A stretch of 64,000 bases of DNA from an uncultured Gemmataceae bacterium (lineage in GTDB: Bacteria > Planctomycetota > Planctomycetia > Gemmatales > Gemmataceae). The translations under genes were made by a program, and so were the position numbers. The notes below the pieces were generated by a model, which was not told where the DNA came from, made no database searches, and saw only the letters and a program-made list of their open reading frames with translations. The stretch lies in assembly GCA_963750165.1 (NCBI GenBank), contig CAVVPN010000003.1, forward strand, positions 384,001 through 448,000, in the 5' to 3' direction. Below, piece after piece: positions 39,725-49,933 of this stretch. Positions within the stretch are counted from its first letter, which is position 1; every line of letters begins with the position of its first letter.

Positions 39725-40374
39725 TTACCCGTCCTGGCGAGGGGCACCACCGCCCGGCGGCGGATTCTTCATGGCCTCGGTGACGATCCTGGACACGACG
39801 CCGCCAACCGTGTCGCTGACCTGTTTGCCGATGTCCGCCGCGGTGTCGGCGATCTGCTCGACGATCTGGTCGGCCTTTTTGGCGCCGGTGACCCTGCCGA
39901 GGGCCGCCTTGCCGGCCGCCTTGAGCATGTTGCCGACCACCTTGCCGCTGGCCGCGGTGGCGTTGGCGACCGTGGCGGCAGCGGCGTCCGCGACGGCCTT
40001 CTGAGCGGCCTTCGCGGCGGCGCCGGCCACGGCAGCGCCCGCCGCGGCGACCACCGCCCCGGCCGCCGGCGCAACTGGCCGAGCACACCGCTCAGGAACC
40101 GCGGCAGCGGACGCGGCTGGGCCGGGTCGGCCTTCGGCGCCGGCGCCGCGGGCAGCGGTTCGTCGTCGGCCACGGCGTAGGCGGCCTCTTTTTGCGAGCG
40201 GTCGCAGATGACGAAGCCATCGTGGACCAGGCCGTCCACGGTGCGCTGCACCGCCTTCTGCGGCTGCGGGTGCAGCGCCTCGACCACCTGGCCGAGGGTG
40301 GCCCGGCCCTGCGTCCACAGGAACCGCAGCACCCGCAACTCGGCGTCGTTGAACTCCCGCTGACTGTGGGCCAT
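39725..40374 (-). CDS. BlaI/MecI/CopY-like winged-helix protein with Ala-rich C-terminal tail; frameshift near 40060
   Basis: DAELRVLRFLWTQGRATLGQV...VQRTVDGLVHDGFV; AGGAG RBS. Confidence 0.7.
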
Positions 40375-40528
40375 GTCGTGTCTCCTCGGCTCGTTCGTAA
40401 TTCCCGTTTACGTTTCGCCATCTTGAAAGCGCGCGAAGCGTAAACAGGAGCGATCCAACTTGAAGCGTCCTCACCAACATTCTACCCGACGGCGGCGCCG
40501 CGTGCCGAGGTGATCCTGGCCCTTGCAA

Positions 40529-40556
40529 TTGACACAACCCGCCGACCGACTAAAAT
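40529..40556 (+). promoter_or_regulatory. Predicted lysS promoter TTGACA-N16-TAAAAT
   Basis: Near-consensus boxes 60 bp upstream of the GTG. Confidence 0.7.
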
Positions 40557-40616
40557 CCACATCTCATCTGTGACGCACCCGCCGCGCCCGGCCCTTACCC
40601 AGAAAGCCAGGCTACC

Positions 40617-42155
40617 GTGTCCGCGCCGCACGACAACTTTGAAGCGAGCCGCCAGGAGAAGCTGCACGCCATCGCGCAATTGGGCCTCGATCCGTGGGGC
40701 TGTCGCTTCGACGGCCACCAGTCCATCGCCGACGTGCTGAAGTTGCCCACGGAGTTGCCGCCAGAGCAACGGCCGCACGTGCGCATCGCCGGCCGCATCG
40801 TCAGCCGGCGACCCGGCGGCAAGGCCCACTTCCTCGACCTGAAGGACTGGTCCGGCGTGCCGACGCTGCGCGAGATCAAGGGCGAGCGCGAGGGCACTGT
40901 CGATCAGGTGCCCGACCTGTCCAGCCGCATCCAGGTGATGATCGGTCAGAAGGAGGTCGGCGAGCTGGGCTGGGGCCTGACGCAGCACCTGGACCTGGGC
41001 GACCTGCTGGGCGTGGACGGCACCTTCGGCAAGACACGCCGCGGCGAGCCGACGGTGTTCGCGGAGCAGCTGACGTACCTGGGCAAGTCACTGCTGCCGC
41101 ACCCGGACAAGTGGGGCGGCATGCAGGAGATGGAGTACCGGCTGCGGCACCGTTACCTGGACCTGACGTATAACCCGGAGACGCTGGACCGCGCCCGCAA
41201 GCGCGTGCTGATTGTGCGGACCATCCGCCGTCACCTGGACGACCAGGGTTATTTCGAGGTGGAGACGCCGACGCTGCACGCCATCGCTGGCGGCGCCGCG
41301 GCCAAGCCGTTCATCACGCACCACAACGCACTGGAGATCGACCTGTACCTGCGTATCGCCCTGGAGCTGCACCTGAAGCGACTGCTGGTCGGCGGCATCG
41401 AAAAGGTGTACGAGATCGGCCGCGTCTTCCGCAACGAGGGCATCAGTCCGAAGCACAACCCTGAATTCACGATGCTGGAGCTGTACCAGGCGTACGGCAA
41501 CTACGAGACGATGATGGACCTGACCGAGGCCATGATCGTGGCGTGTGTGCGGACACTGGGCGAAGCGCTGGTGCTGCCCTACGGCGACCGCCAGCTGGAC
41601 TTCACGCCGCCGTTCAGGCGGGCGAAGTACGCGGACCTGTTCCACGAGCACACCGGCGTGGCGATGGAGGACGCGGCGGCTGTGGCGGCGCTGGCGCAGC
41701 GGCACGACCTCCCGACGGCGAACACCGACCCCGACGTATTGGTTCACAAGCTGTTCGAGTTGATCGTGGAGCCGAAGCTGGAAGCGCTCGACCAACCGGT
41801 GTTCGTGTATGACTACCCGGCGGCGCTGTGCCCACTGACGAAGCGCAAGCGCGACAACCCGGCCATTGCGGAGCGTTTCGAGTTGTACGTGCATGGCATG
41901 GAGTTGGCGAACGCCTACACGGAGCTGAACGACCCGATCATGCAGGAGGCGACCTTCCGCCGGCAGCTGGCCGGGCTGAAGGAAGAGGACTCGATGGCGA
42001 AGATGGACGACGATTTCGTGCGGGCGTTGAAGCACGGTATGCCGCCGGCCGGCGGCATGGGCATCGGCATCGACCGGCTGACGATGCTGCTGACCAACAC
42101 GCAGACCATCCGTGACGTGATTCTGTTCCCGCTGCTGCGGCCGGAGAAGAAGTAA
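40617..42155 (+). CDS. lysS: Lysine--tRNA ligase (class II)
   Basis: RYLDL, EVETP, GGAAAKPF, LRIALELHLKRL, FRNEG, HNPEFT, GMPPAGGMGIGIDRL. Confidence 0.98.
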   Translation: MSAPHDNFEASRQEKLHAIAQLGLDPWGCRFDGHQSIADVLKLPTELPPEQRPHVRIAGRIVSRRPGGKAHFLDLKDWSGVPTLREIKGEREGTVDQVPDLSSRIQVMIGQKEVGELGWGLTQHLDLGDLLGVDGTFGKTRRGEPTVFAEQLTYLGKSLLPHPDKWGGMQEMEYRLRHRYLDLTYNPETLDRARKRVLIVRTIRRHLDDQGYFEVETPTLHAIAGGAAAKPFITHHNALEIDLYLRIALELHLKRLLVGGIEKVYEIGRVFRNEGISPKHNPEFTMLELYQAYGNYETMMDLTEAMIVACVRTLGEALVLPYGDRQLDFTPPFRRAKYADLFHEHTGVAMEDAAAVAALAQRHDLPTANTDPDVLVHKLFELIVEPKLEALDQPVFVYDYPAALCPLTKRKRDNPAIAERFELYVHGMELANAYTELNDPIMQEATFRRQLAGLKEEDSMAKMDDDFVRALKHGMPPAGGMGIGIDRLTMLLTNTQTIRDVILFPLLRPEKK

Positions 42156-42160
42156 AACAA

Positions 42161-42300
42161 ATCACGAAAACACGAAAGGTTGAAAACACGAAAAAAAGAA
42201 AATGGATAATTGAGCAAGGCGCCTGGTTCTGGACTACGACTCAGGGCAACTCATTTTTCTGGTCTTTTTCGTGTATTTCATTGTTTCGTGTTTTCGTGAT
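42161..42300. repeat. AT-rich inverted repeat with CACGAAA units
   Basis: ATCACGAAAACACGAAA...TTTCGTGTTTTCGTGAT. Confidence 0.85.
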
Positions 42301-42332
42301 GGAATTTCTCGGCGAGATCCAGGGAGGGATCG

Positions 42333-43742
42333 GTGTACAAAGTGCTCCTCTGCTGGCGTTATCTCAAGACGAGATATCTGGCGCTGGCGTGTATCATCAG
42401 CGTGATGCTCGGCGTGGCCACGCTGATCGTTGTCAACAGCGTCATGAGCGGCTTCAGTACGAAGCTGCGCGACCGGTTGCACGGCCTGCTGTCTGACGTG
42501 GTCATCGAGTCGCCGAGCATGGACGGCTTCGCCGACCCCGACGGCAAGATGGCCCGCATCAAGGCGGACCCCTTCCTGGCGGAAAAAATCGAGGCGCTGA
42601 CCCCGACCATGGAGGTCGCCGCCATGCTGCAGTTCCGGCTGCCCAACGGCGAGATGTTCACCAAGCCGGTGCGCGTCATCGGCATTGACGCCGAGTCGCG
42701 CGGCAGGATCGGCGGCTTCAAGGAGCACCTCTGCGAACCGAAAAACCAGGTCAACCCCTCGTTCGAGGTGAGCGGCAGGGCCCTGAAGCGCTACCAGGAA
42801 CGCACACGCTTCGCCGTGGCGCCGCCGCCGGTCCAGGTGCCGGGCGAACCGCCACCGCCGGCGCCGCCGGACGTGGAAGTCAAGACCCCGCGCGGCGTCA
42901 TCGTCGGCAACCTGATCGCCAACTTCCGCTACAAGGAGAGTGCCGCGCCCAGCAGCCCCGTCAAGGAAATCTGCGTCCTGAAGAAGGGCGACCCCATTGT
43001 CCTGACGACGGTTAGCGGCCAGCGCATGAGCCCGGTCTACGACCAGTTCCTGGTGGTGGATTACTTCAAGTCGGAGATGAGCGAGTACGACAGCAATTAC
43101 GTCTTCGTACCGCTCGACCACCTGCAGCATCTGCGGACCATGCACGGCCGCGTCACCAGCATCCAGCTCAAGTTGAAGGACTATCGGGAAGCGCCTGCGG
43201 TGGTAGAGGCGTTACGAAAAATCTTCCCCGACCCGCGGCAGTACCGCGTCGAGACGTGGGAGCAGAAGCAGAGCCCGCTGCTGCAGGCCATCGCCATCGA
43301 GAAGGGCATTTTGAACGTGCTGCTGTTCCTGATTGTCGGCGTGGCGGGTTTTGGCATTCTGGCGATCTTCAGCATGATCGTCGCGGAGAAGACGCGCGAC
43401 ATCGGCATTCTCAAGGCGCTGGGGGCCTCGAATGGCGGCGTGATGAACATCTTTCTCAGTTACGGCCTGCTGCTCGGCCTGGTCGGCACCACGCTGGGCA
43501 CCGGGCTGGGGCTGTGGCTGACGTACAACATCAACGGTGTCGAGCACTTCCTGTCGCAGGTCACGGGGCAGGAGATTTTCGACCGCAGCGTGTATTACTT
43601 CAATGAGATTCCGACGGACGTGCAGCCGATGAGCCTGCTGATTGTGAACGTCGGGGCGGTGCTGATCGCGGTGCTGTTCAGCGTGCTGCCGGCGCTGCGG
43701 GCGGCGTGGCTGCACCCGGTGCGGGCGCTGCGGTATGAGTAA
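42333..43742 (+). CDS. lolE: Lipoprotein-releasing ABC permease (LolC/E family)
   Basis: RYL...VNSVMSGF, EKTRDIGILKALGAS, PALRAAWLHPVRALRYE. Confidence 0.9.
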   Translation: MYKVLLCWRYLKTRYLALACIISVMLGVATLIVVNSVMSGFSTKLRDRLHGLLSDVVIESPSMDGFADPDGKMARIKADPFLAEKIEALTPTMEVAAMLQFRLPNGEMFTKPVRVIGIDAESRGRIGGFKEHLCEPKNQVNPSFEVSGRALKRYQERTRFAVAPPPVQVPGEPPPPAPPDVEVKTPRGVIVGNLIANFRYKESAAPSSPVKEICVLKKGDPIVLTTVSGQRMSPVYDQFLVVDYFKSEMSEYDSNYVFVPLDHLQHLRTMHGRVTSIQLKLKDYREAPAVVEALRKIFPDPRQYRVETWEQKQSPLLQAIAIEKGILNVLLFLIVGVAGFGILAIFSMIVAEKTRDIGILKALGASNGGVMNIFLSYGLLLGLVGTTLGTGLGLWLTYNINGVEHFLSQVTGQEIFDRSVYYFNEIPTDVQPMSLLIVNVGAVLIAVLFSVLPALRAAWLHPVRALRYE

Positions 43743-43751
43743 CGTCTTGCT

Positions 43752-43879
43752 CCCCTCGCCCCTTCAGGATTTCAGAATATGAGGGGGTGAGAGGGTGAGG
43801 GGTGACATGACCACGGTTGTCCTGTCGTCCCTCACCCCCTCACCCTCTCACCCCTCACCAGCTTCTGGGGCGAGAGGGG
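43752..43879. repeat. Composite palindrome: CCCCTCGCCCC/GGGGCGAGAGGGG outer arms enclosing a GGGTGAG tandem hairpin
   Basis: Read directly between lolE and lolD. Confidence 0.75.
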
Positions 43880-43902
43880 TCAGACACAAGGAGGTCCCGT
43901 TC

Positions 43903-44673
43903 ATGCCGGAAGCGTATCCGCTGCTCCGCGCCGTCAATCTGCACAAGACGTATCGCAAAAACGTGGAACAGGTGCAGGTGCTGCGCGGCCTGGACCTGGA
44001 CGTGCTCCAGGGCGAGTTCGTCAGTGTCCTCGGCGCCAGCGGCTCGGGCAAGAGCACGATGCTGCACCTGCTCGGCCTGCTCGACCAGCCGGATCACGGC
44101 TGCGTCCGCCTGGAGGGCAACCGCATCGACGATCTGCCGATCCGCGCCCGCGACCGGCTCCGCAACCGCACCTTCGGCCTAATTTTTCAGTTCTACCACC
44201 TGCTGCCGGAGCTAAACACGCTGGAGAACGTGCTGATGCCGCAGATGATCGGCAAGTCAGTCTGGCAGTGGCTTGGCTGCCGGCGCGAGCTGAAGCGGCG
44301 GGCGACGGAGTTGCTGGAGCGCGTCGGCCTGGGCCATCGGCTGCGGCACCGGCCGTGCGAGCTGTCCGGGGGCGAGATGCAGCGCGCGGCCATTGCCCGG
44401 GCGCTCATCAATCGGCCACGGATTTTGCTGGCGGACGAGCCGACCGGCAACCTCGACGCCGAGACTGGCGGCCACATCGTGGGGCTGTTGCGCGACTTGA
44501 ACCGCGAGGAAGGGCTTACTATCATCATGGTGACCCACAACCTGGACATCGTCGCCGCGACGGATCGCGTCGTGCGGCTGATGAAGGGCCGCGTTGAGAT
44601 CGCGGCCGAGCGGGGCGACGAACCACTTCCCGGGCCGCACTTCGCCCCGTCGCTAATCCAGGAGGCGTGCTGA
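43903..44673 (+). CDS. lolD: Lipoprotein-releasing ABC ATPase
   Basis: GASGSGKST, FQFYHLLPE, LSGGEMQR, ADEPTGNLD; AAGGAGG RBS before ATG 43903. Confidence 0.9.
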   Translation: MPEAYPLLRAVNLHKTYRKNVEQVQVLRGLDLDVLQGEFVSVLGASGSGKSTMLHLLGLLDQPDHGCVRLEGNRIDDLPIRARDRLRNRTFGLIFQFYHLLPELNTLENVLMPQMIGKSVWQWLGCRRELKRRATELLERVGLGHRLRHRPCELSGGEMQRAAIARALINRPRILLADEPTGNLDAETGGHIVGLLRDLNREEGLTIIMVTHNLDIVAATDRVVRLMKGRVEIAAERGDEPLPGPHFAPSLIQEAC

Positions 44674-44679
44674 TTGGAA

Positions 44680-44740
44680 CAGAGGTCAGAAGTCAGAAAG
44701 ACGACTGGCTGACCTCTGACCTCTGACCTCTGACTTCTGA
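44680..44740. repeat. Inverted repeat of CAGAGGT/CTGACCT heptamers
   Basis: CAGAGGTCAGAAGTCAG...(CTGACCT)x3 CTGACTTCTGA. Confidence 0.85.
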
Positions 44741-44749
44741 GGTTCTCCC

Positions 44750-45610
44750 ATGTCTCCCAAGGTCTACATCAACGGCAAGCTCTTCGACAAAGCGGACGCG
44801 AAGATCAGCGTCTACGACCATTGCCTGCTCTACGGCGACGGTGTTTTCGAGGGCATCCGCATTTACGACGGCAAGATTTTTCGGCTGCGCGAGCACGTCG
44901 AGCGACTGTTCGAGAGCGCCCGCCACATCAAGCTGGAAATCCCGCTGACGCGCGAGCAGCTGATGGAGGCGATCAGCAGCACGGTCAAGGCGAACAACAA
45001 GGTGAACGGCTACATCCGGCCGCTGGTGACGCGCGGCGCCGGTTATCTTGGCCTCGACCCGCGCAAGACCAGCGATCCGCAGGTCATCATCATTGTCGAT
45101 GACATCAGCCTGTACCCGGCGGAGGTTTATGAGAGCGGCATGAAGCTGGCGACCGTCTCGACCATCCGCAACCATCCGAACGCGCTGAACCCGCGCATCA
45201 AGTCGTGCAATTATCTCAATAATATCCTGGCCAAGATCGAGGCGGTGCAGGCCGGCTGTCTGGAAGCGCTGATGCTCAACCACAAGGGCGAGATCGCGGA
45301 GTGCTCCGGCGACAACATCTTCCTGGTCAAGCATGGCATCCTGCGCACCCCAGGCATCGACGCCGGCATCCTGGAGGGCGTGACGCGTAACGCCGTCATT
45401 GAGCTGGCGAAGGCGGCGCAGATTCCGGTGCAGGAACTGGCGCTGACGCGGCACGACGTTTATGCCGCGGACGAGTGCTTCCTGACCGGCACTGCCGCGG
45501 AGGTGATCCCGGTGGTGGAGTGCGACGGCCGGCCCATCGGCAGCGGCAAGCCCGGCCCCGTCACGCGCCAGCTGCGCGAGCGCTTCCACCAACTGGTCCG
45601 CGCTTCGTGA
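44750..45610 (+). CDS. ilvE: Branched-chain amino acid aminotransferase
   Basis: YGDGVFEG, KSCNY, ECSGDNIF, LEGVTR, TGTAAE. Confidence 0.96.
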   Translation: MSPKVYINGKLFDKADAKISVYDHCLLYGDGVFEGIRIYDGKIFRLREHVERLFESARHIKLEIPLTREQLMEAISSTVKANNKVNGYIRPLVTRGAGYLGLDPRKTSDPQVIIIVDDISLYPAEVYESGMKLATVSTIRNHPNALNPRIKSCNYLNNILAKIEAVQAGCLEALMLNHKGEIAECSGDNIFLVKHGILRTPGIDAGILEGVTRNAVIELAKAAQIPVQELALTRHDVYAADECFLTGTAAEVIPVVECDGRPIGSGKPGPVTRQLRERFHQLVRAS

Positions 45611-45652
45611 ACCATTTTCCGCTGTTTGCGGCAGACATACCGGAGAACCGCC

Positions 45653-46108
45653 ATGATCGACCTCAAGACCATTCTGGTGCCGACGGACTTCAGCAAACAT
45701 TCGCAAACTGCCCTGAACTACGCCGTTGCCTTCGCGCGGAAGTTCGGTGCGCAACTGCACCTCATGCACATCCTGCAGGATCTGGCCGTGTTCTTTCCGG
45801 ACGCGGTGAGCGTGGTGCCGCCGACGGACCAGCTCAACACGGCCGTGCAGGCGGCCCTGGAGCGCCTCGTCCATGAAAACCACCTGGAGGCGCAGAACGT
45901 CCAGCTGGTGGTGCGGGTCGGCAGCCCCTTCCATGAGATTGCGGAGTACGCTCGGGACACGGGCATCGACCTGATCGTCATGGGCACGCACGGCCGCGGC
46001 GGGCTGATGCACCTGCTGATGGGCAGCGTCGCCGAGAAGGTCGTCCGCAAAGCCCCGTGCCCGGTGCTGACCGTGCGCGACCCCGAGCACGAGTTCGTTC
46101 ACGATTAA
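45653..46108 (+). CDS. Universal stress protein
   Basis: ILVPTDFS, DLIVMGTHGR, GSVAEKVVRKAPCPVL. Confidence 0.96.
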   Translation: MIDLKTILVPTDFSKHSQTALNYAVAFARKFGAQLHLMHILQDLAVFFPDAVSVVPPTDQLNTAVQAALERLVHENHLEAQNVQLVVRVGSPFHEIAEYARDTGIDLIVMGTHGRGGLMHLLMGSVAEKVVRKAPCPVLTVRDPEHEFVHD

Positions 46109-46249
46109 GCGAGAAACCACGGAAACCACGGAAACCACGGAAAAAAGACAGCAGAATTGAATGGACCGAGACCAACGGCCTGGTCTCGGTCCTGGTCACA
46201 ATTTGTCTGTATTTTTCCGTGTTTTCCGTGTGTTCCGTGGTTTCTCGCT
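46108..46249. repeat. Inverted repeat with ACCACGGAA nonamers and an inner hairpin
   Basis: AGCGAGAA(ACCACGGAA)x3...TTCCGTGGTTTCTCGCT; inner GGACCGAGACCA/TGGTCTCGGTCC. Confidence 0.85.
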
Positions 46250-46263
46250 GAGGGCCGTCTTCC

Positions 46264-48932
46264 ATGATGCACTCGCTCGATCCGCTCTTCCGCCCCGGCA
46301 CGGTCGCCGTCATCGGGGCCAGTGCCACGACCGGCAGCGTCGGCAGTATCCTGATGCGCAACCTCATGGCGAACCCCTTCGGCGGTGTCGTCTTCCCGGT
46401 CAATCCCAAGCGCCGGTCGGTCCACGGCGTCTACTGCTACCCCGGCCTGGGGAGCATCCCCGAGCGCGTCGATCTGGCGGTGATCGCCACGCCGGCGGCG
46501 ACGGTGCCGGCCGCCATCCGCGATTGCCTCGACCATCACGTCAAGGCGGCCATCATCATCTCGGCCGGCTTCTCCGAGCTGGGGCCGCAGGGCAAGGCGC
46601 TGGAGGCCGAAATCCGCACGCTGGTGCAAGGCCGCATGCGCGTCATCGGCCCGAACTGCCTGGGCGTCATCCACCCGCCGAGCAACCTCAACGCCAGCTT
46701 CGCGTCCACGATGGCCCGCAACGGTAAGGTCGCGCTGCTCAGCCAGAGCGGTGCCATTTGCACGTCCATCCTCGACTGGGCCCGCGAGACGCTGGTCGGC
46801 TTCAGCAGCTTCGTCAGCGTCGGCGCCATGATGGACGTGGACTTCGCCGACCTGATCGACTACTTCGGCGACGACCCGCAGACGCGCAGCATCATCCTCT
46901 ACATGGAATCCATTGGCGACGTGCGCAAGTTCCTGAGCGCCGCGCGGGCGGTGGGGCGGACCAAGCAGATCATTGTCGTCAAGGCAGGCCGGCACGAGGC
47001 GGGGCGCGGGCGGCGGCGTCGCACACCGGAGCGCTGGCCGGCTCCGACAAGGTCTTCGACGCCGCCCTGCGCCGCGCCGGTGTGCTGCGCGTCACCACCA
47101 TCCCCGACCTGTTCCACATGTCCGAAATCCTGGCGATGCAACCGCCGCCGCGCGGCCCCGCCCTGGCCATCGTCACCAACGCGGGCGGCCCCGGCGTCAT
47201 GGCCACTGACGCCCTCATGACCAGCGGCGGTCAGCTCGCCACGCTCGGCCCTGAATCCCTGGCGGCGCTCAACGCGGCGCTGCCGCCGTTCTGGAGCCAC
47301 GCCAACCCCATCGACGTGCTCGGCGACGCCACGCCGCAGCGCTACCGCCAGGCCGTCGAGGTCTGCGCCAAAGATGCCGGCGTGCAGGGCTTGCTGATCC
47401 TGCTGACGCCGCAGGCGATGACCGACCCGACCGAGACCGCCCGCCAGCTGGCGCCGTTCGCGCACGTCGAGGGCAAGCCGGTGCTGGCGTGCTGGATGGG
47501 CGGCGCCGACGTGCGCCCTGGCAAGACCGTCCTCAGTGAGGCCGGCATGCCGACCTTCGATGCGCCCGAGGCGGCCATCCGGGCGTTCCTGCACATGAAC
47601 CAGTACCGCCGCAGCCAGGAACTGCTCTACGAGGCGCCCGAGGCGCTGCCCGAGGACTGGCGGCCGGATCAGGAGCGCGTCCGCACGATGTTCGGGCTGG
47701 CCCGCGCCGCCGGCCGGAAACTGCTCACCGAGGCCGAGGCCAAGTCGGTGCTGGAAGCCTACGGCATCCCGGTGACGCGCACGGTGGTCGCGGTCAGCGC
47801 GGACGCTGCCGTCGCGGCGGCGCAGCAGGTCGGCTACCCGGTCGTGCTGAAGCTGTACTCGCAAACCATCACGCACAAAAGCGATGCCGGCGGTGTGCAG
47901 CTCAACCTCACTGACGCCGCCGCCGTCCGCCAGGCGTTTCAGTTGATCGCCAGCAACCTGCAGCGCTACGACCCGAAGGCGGCCTTCGAGGGCGTGACGG
48001 TGCAGCCGATGGTGAAGGCGAAGGGTTACGAGCTGATCGTCGGCAGTTCGGTGGACGTGCAGTTCGGCCCGGTGATCCTGTTCGGCGCCGGCGGCGTGCT
48101 GGTCGAGGTGACGCAGGACAGCGCCCTGGCGCTGCCGCCGCTCAACCGCACCCTGGCCCGCCGGCTGATCGAACGCACGCAGATCGCGCAGGCGCTGCAC
48201 GGCGTCCGCGGTCAGCGGTCCATCGACTTCGAGCAGCTCGAAACCCTGCTCGTGCGCTTCAGCTACCTGCTCTGTGATTTCCTGGAGATCGCGGAGATCG
48301 ACATCAACCCGCTGCTGGCCAGCCCAGACGGCATCATCGCCCTGGACGCGCGCGTGGTGCTGGGCGCGCCGGACCAGCGGCCGCAGCTGGCCATCCACCC
48401 GCATCCGAACCAGTACACCACCCCGTTCCGCCTGCCCGACGGCACCGAGTTGCTGCTGCGGGCGGTCCGCCCCGAGGACGAGCCGCTCATCATCGAGTTC
48501 CACGGCACCCACTCCGAGCACACGCTGCGCATGCGCTTCTTCAGTCTGGTCAAAACGCTGTCGCGGGAAAGCCTGATCCGGCTGTGCCACCTGGATTACG
48601 ACCGCGAAATGGCCCTGGTGGCGCTGTCCCATGACGCGGACGGCAAGCCACACATCGCGGGTGTGTCGCGCTACTACGCGCACCCCGAGACGCGCGTCGC
48701 CGAGTTCGCGGTGGTGGTCGGCGATGCCTGGCAGGGTCGCGGCCTGGGGTTGCATCTGATGCGCAAACTGATCGAGGTGGCCCGCGAGCGCGGCGTGCGG
48801 CGGTTGGTCGGCGACGTGCTGCGCGAGAACACACCCATGCTGAATTTGGCCGAGGAACTTGGGTTCACGCGGCAGGACACGGCGGATGTGAACGTCGCGC
48901 GGGTGGTGCGCGACCTGGAACCCGGGGACTGA
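46264..48932 (+). CDS. Acetate--CoA ligase-like/GNAT fusion (Pat/YfiQ protein lysine acetyltransferase); frameshift near 47000
   Basis: [41 protein letters not shown]-terminal GNAT (WQGRGLG). Confidence 0.93.
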
Positions 48933-48965
48933 AACCCTGGCTGATGCTTGGCGAGCAACATTTTC

Positions 48966-49835
48966 TCACTTCTTCAGCGCCTCCCGCGTGAACTGCCAGT
49001 CGGGAAAGTCCGGGTTGAGCCGCACGTCGCGGAAGTAATATTCGCCCATCAAATGCCCCTTGCTGTCGCGCAGCACCGAACCGAGTTGTAGCAAGGTGTC
49101 GCGGTCAATGTACAGCGTCAGGTCGGTGACGCCGTCCTCCGGCACCCGGGCGTAGCGCGTGCGGTGCAGCACGTGGCACCAACGGTCGCCCGTCTCCGGC
49201 ACCTGTTGCAGCCCCAGGTACTCCACGAATAGCGTGCCCTCCGCCTGGGCCTCCTTCCAGGTGCGATACACGCGCTCGGTCGCAATCTTGAAGCCAAACT
49301 CCGTGATCGGGTAGCGGCTCGAACTCATCGCCGTCGAACCGTTCGGGTCGAACTCCTTGAGGTTGCCGAGGAACGTCTTCACCACCATCTGGTTGTCGTT
49401 CTCGCCTTCGACATAGAGCGCCCGCCGGGCCAGGCCGATCCCGTGCTTCCAGTCAAAATAGACGCTGTACGGCTTCTCGCGGAAGTGGACCAGAATGATC
49501 TCCGTGCGCCGCAACTCGCCCCCGACCCGTTCGGTCTTGCGCATCGTCAGGGTGTAACCGCGGACCTCACGGTCGTAGCGCTCCAGGCACTTGGCCAGGA
49601 ACTTCACCGGGTCGGTGTACGGCGGTTTGCGGAACTGAACGGCGTACGCCAGGCTCGCCCAGGGGACAGCGCCGGGAAAGGCCGTCTGCGGCTGGGCCGC
49701 GTAGACCACGAGCATATCCGCCGCAATGGGGTGATCGCGGAGGCCGGGTGGGCCTTCTTCGGGGTACTGATCCAGGTCGGGGATGCGCGGCGCGAACAGC
49801 AGGCATATCGGCAGACAAATCACTAGCCGCTTCAT
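48966..49835 (-). CDS. DUF1571 domain protein
   Basis: KTERVGG, REKPYSVY, SRYPITEFG, EYYFRDVRLN. Confidence 0.82.
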   Translation of the reverse strand: MKRLVICLPICLLFAPRIPDLDQYPEEGPPGLRDHPIAADMLVVYAAQPQTAFPGAVPWASLAYAVQFRKPPYTDPVKFLAKCLERYDREVRGYTLTMRKTERVGGELRRTEIILVHFREKPYSVYFDWKHGIGLARRALYVEGENDNQMVVKTFLGNLKEFDPNGSTAMSSSRYPITEFGFKIATERVYRTWKEAQAEGTLFVEYLGLQQVPETGDRWCHVLHRTRYARVPEDGVTDLTLYIDRDTLLQLGSVLRDSKGHLMGEYYFRDVRLNPDFPDWQFTREALKK

Positions 49836-49851
49836 GACTCGTCCTCCTACT

Positions 49852-49897
49852 TTCTTCGTTCGTAGTACCGCCTTCAGGCGGTACTACGAACGAAGAA
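49852..49897. repeat. Perfect palindrome containing GTAGTACCGCCTTCAGGCGG (GTAG REP family 5)
   Basis: 22-bp arms, 2-nt loop. Confidence 0.8.
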
Positions 49898-49933
49898 CCC
49901 TCACCGATTTGTCAGCAAAAAGCTCGCCCGCCG

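Noticed and set aside
37896..40004. 702-aa plus-strand ORF
   Set aside because: Antisense shadow spanning three real minus-strand genes and starting inside a palindrome
43795..43902. N-terminal extension of LolD
   Set aside because: Derived from the intergenic palindrome; AAGGAGG precedes ATG 43903
46990..47020. Programmed ribosomal frameshift in the Pat gene (and others)
   Set aside because: No slippery heptamer; Pat is normally a single ORF; the indel sits in a G run
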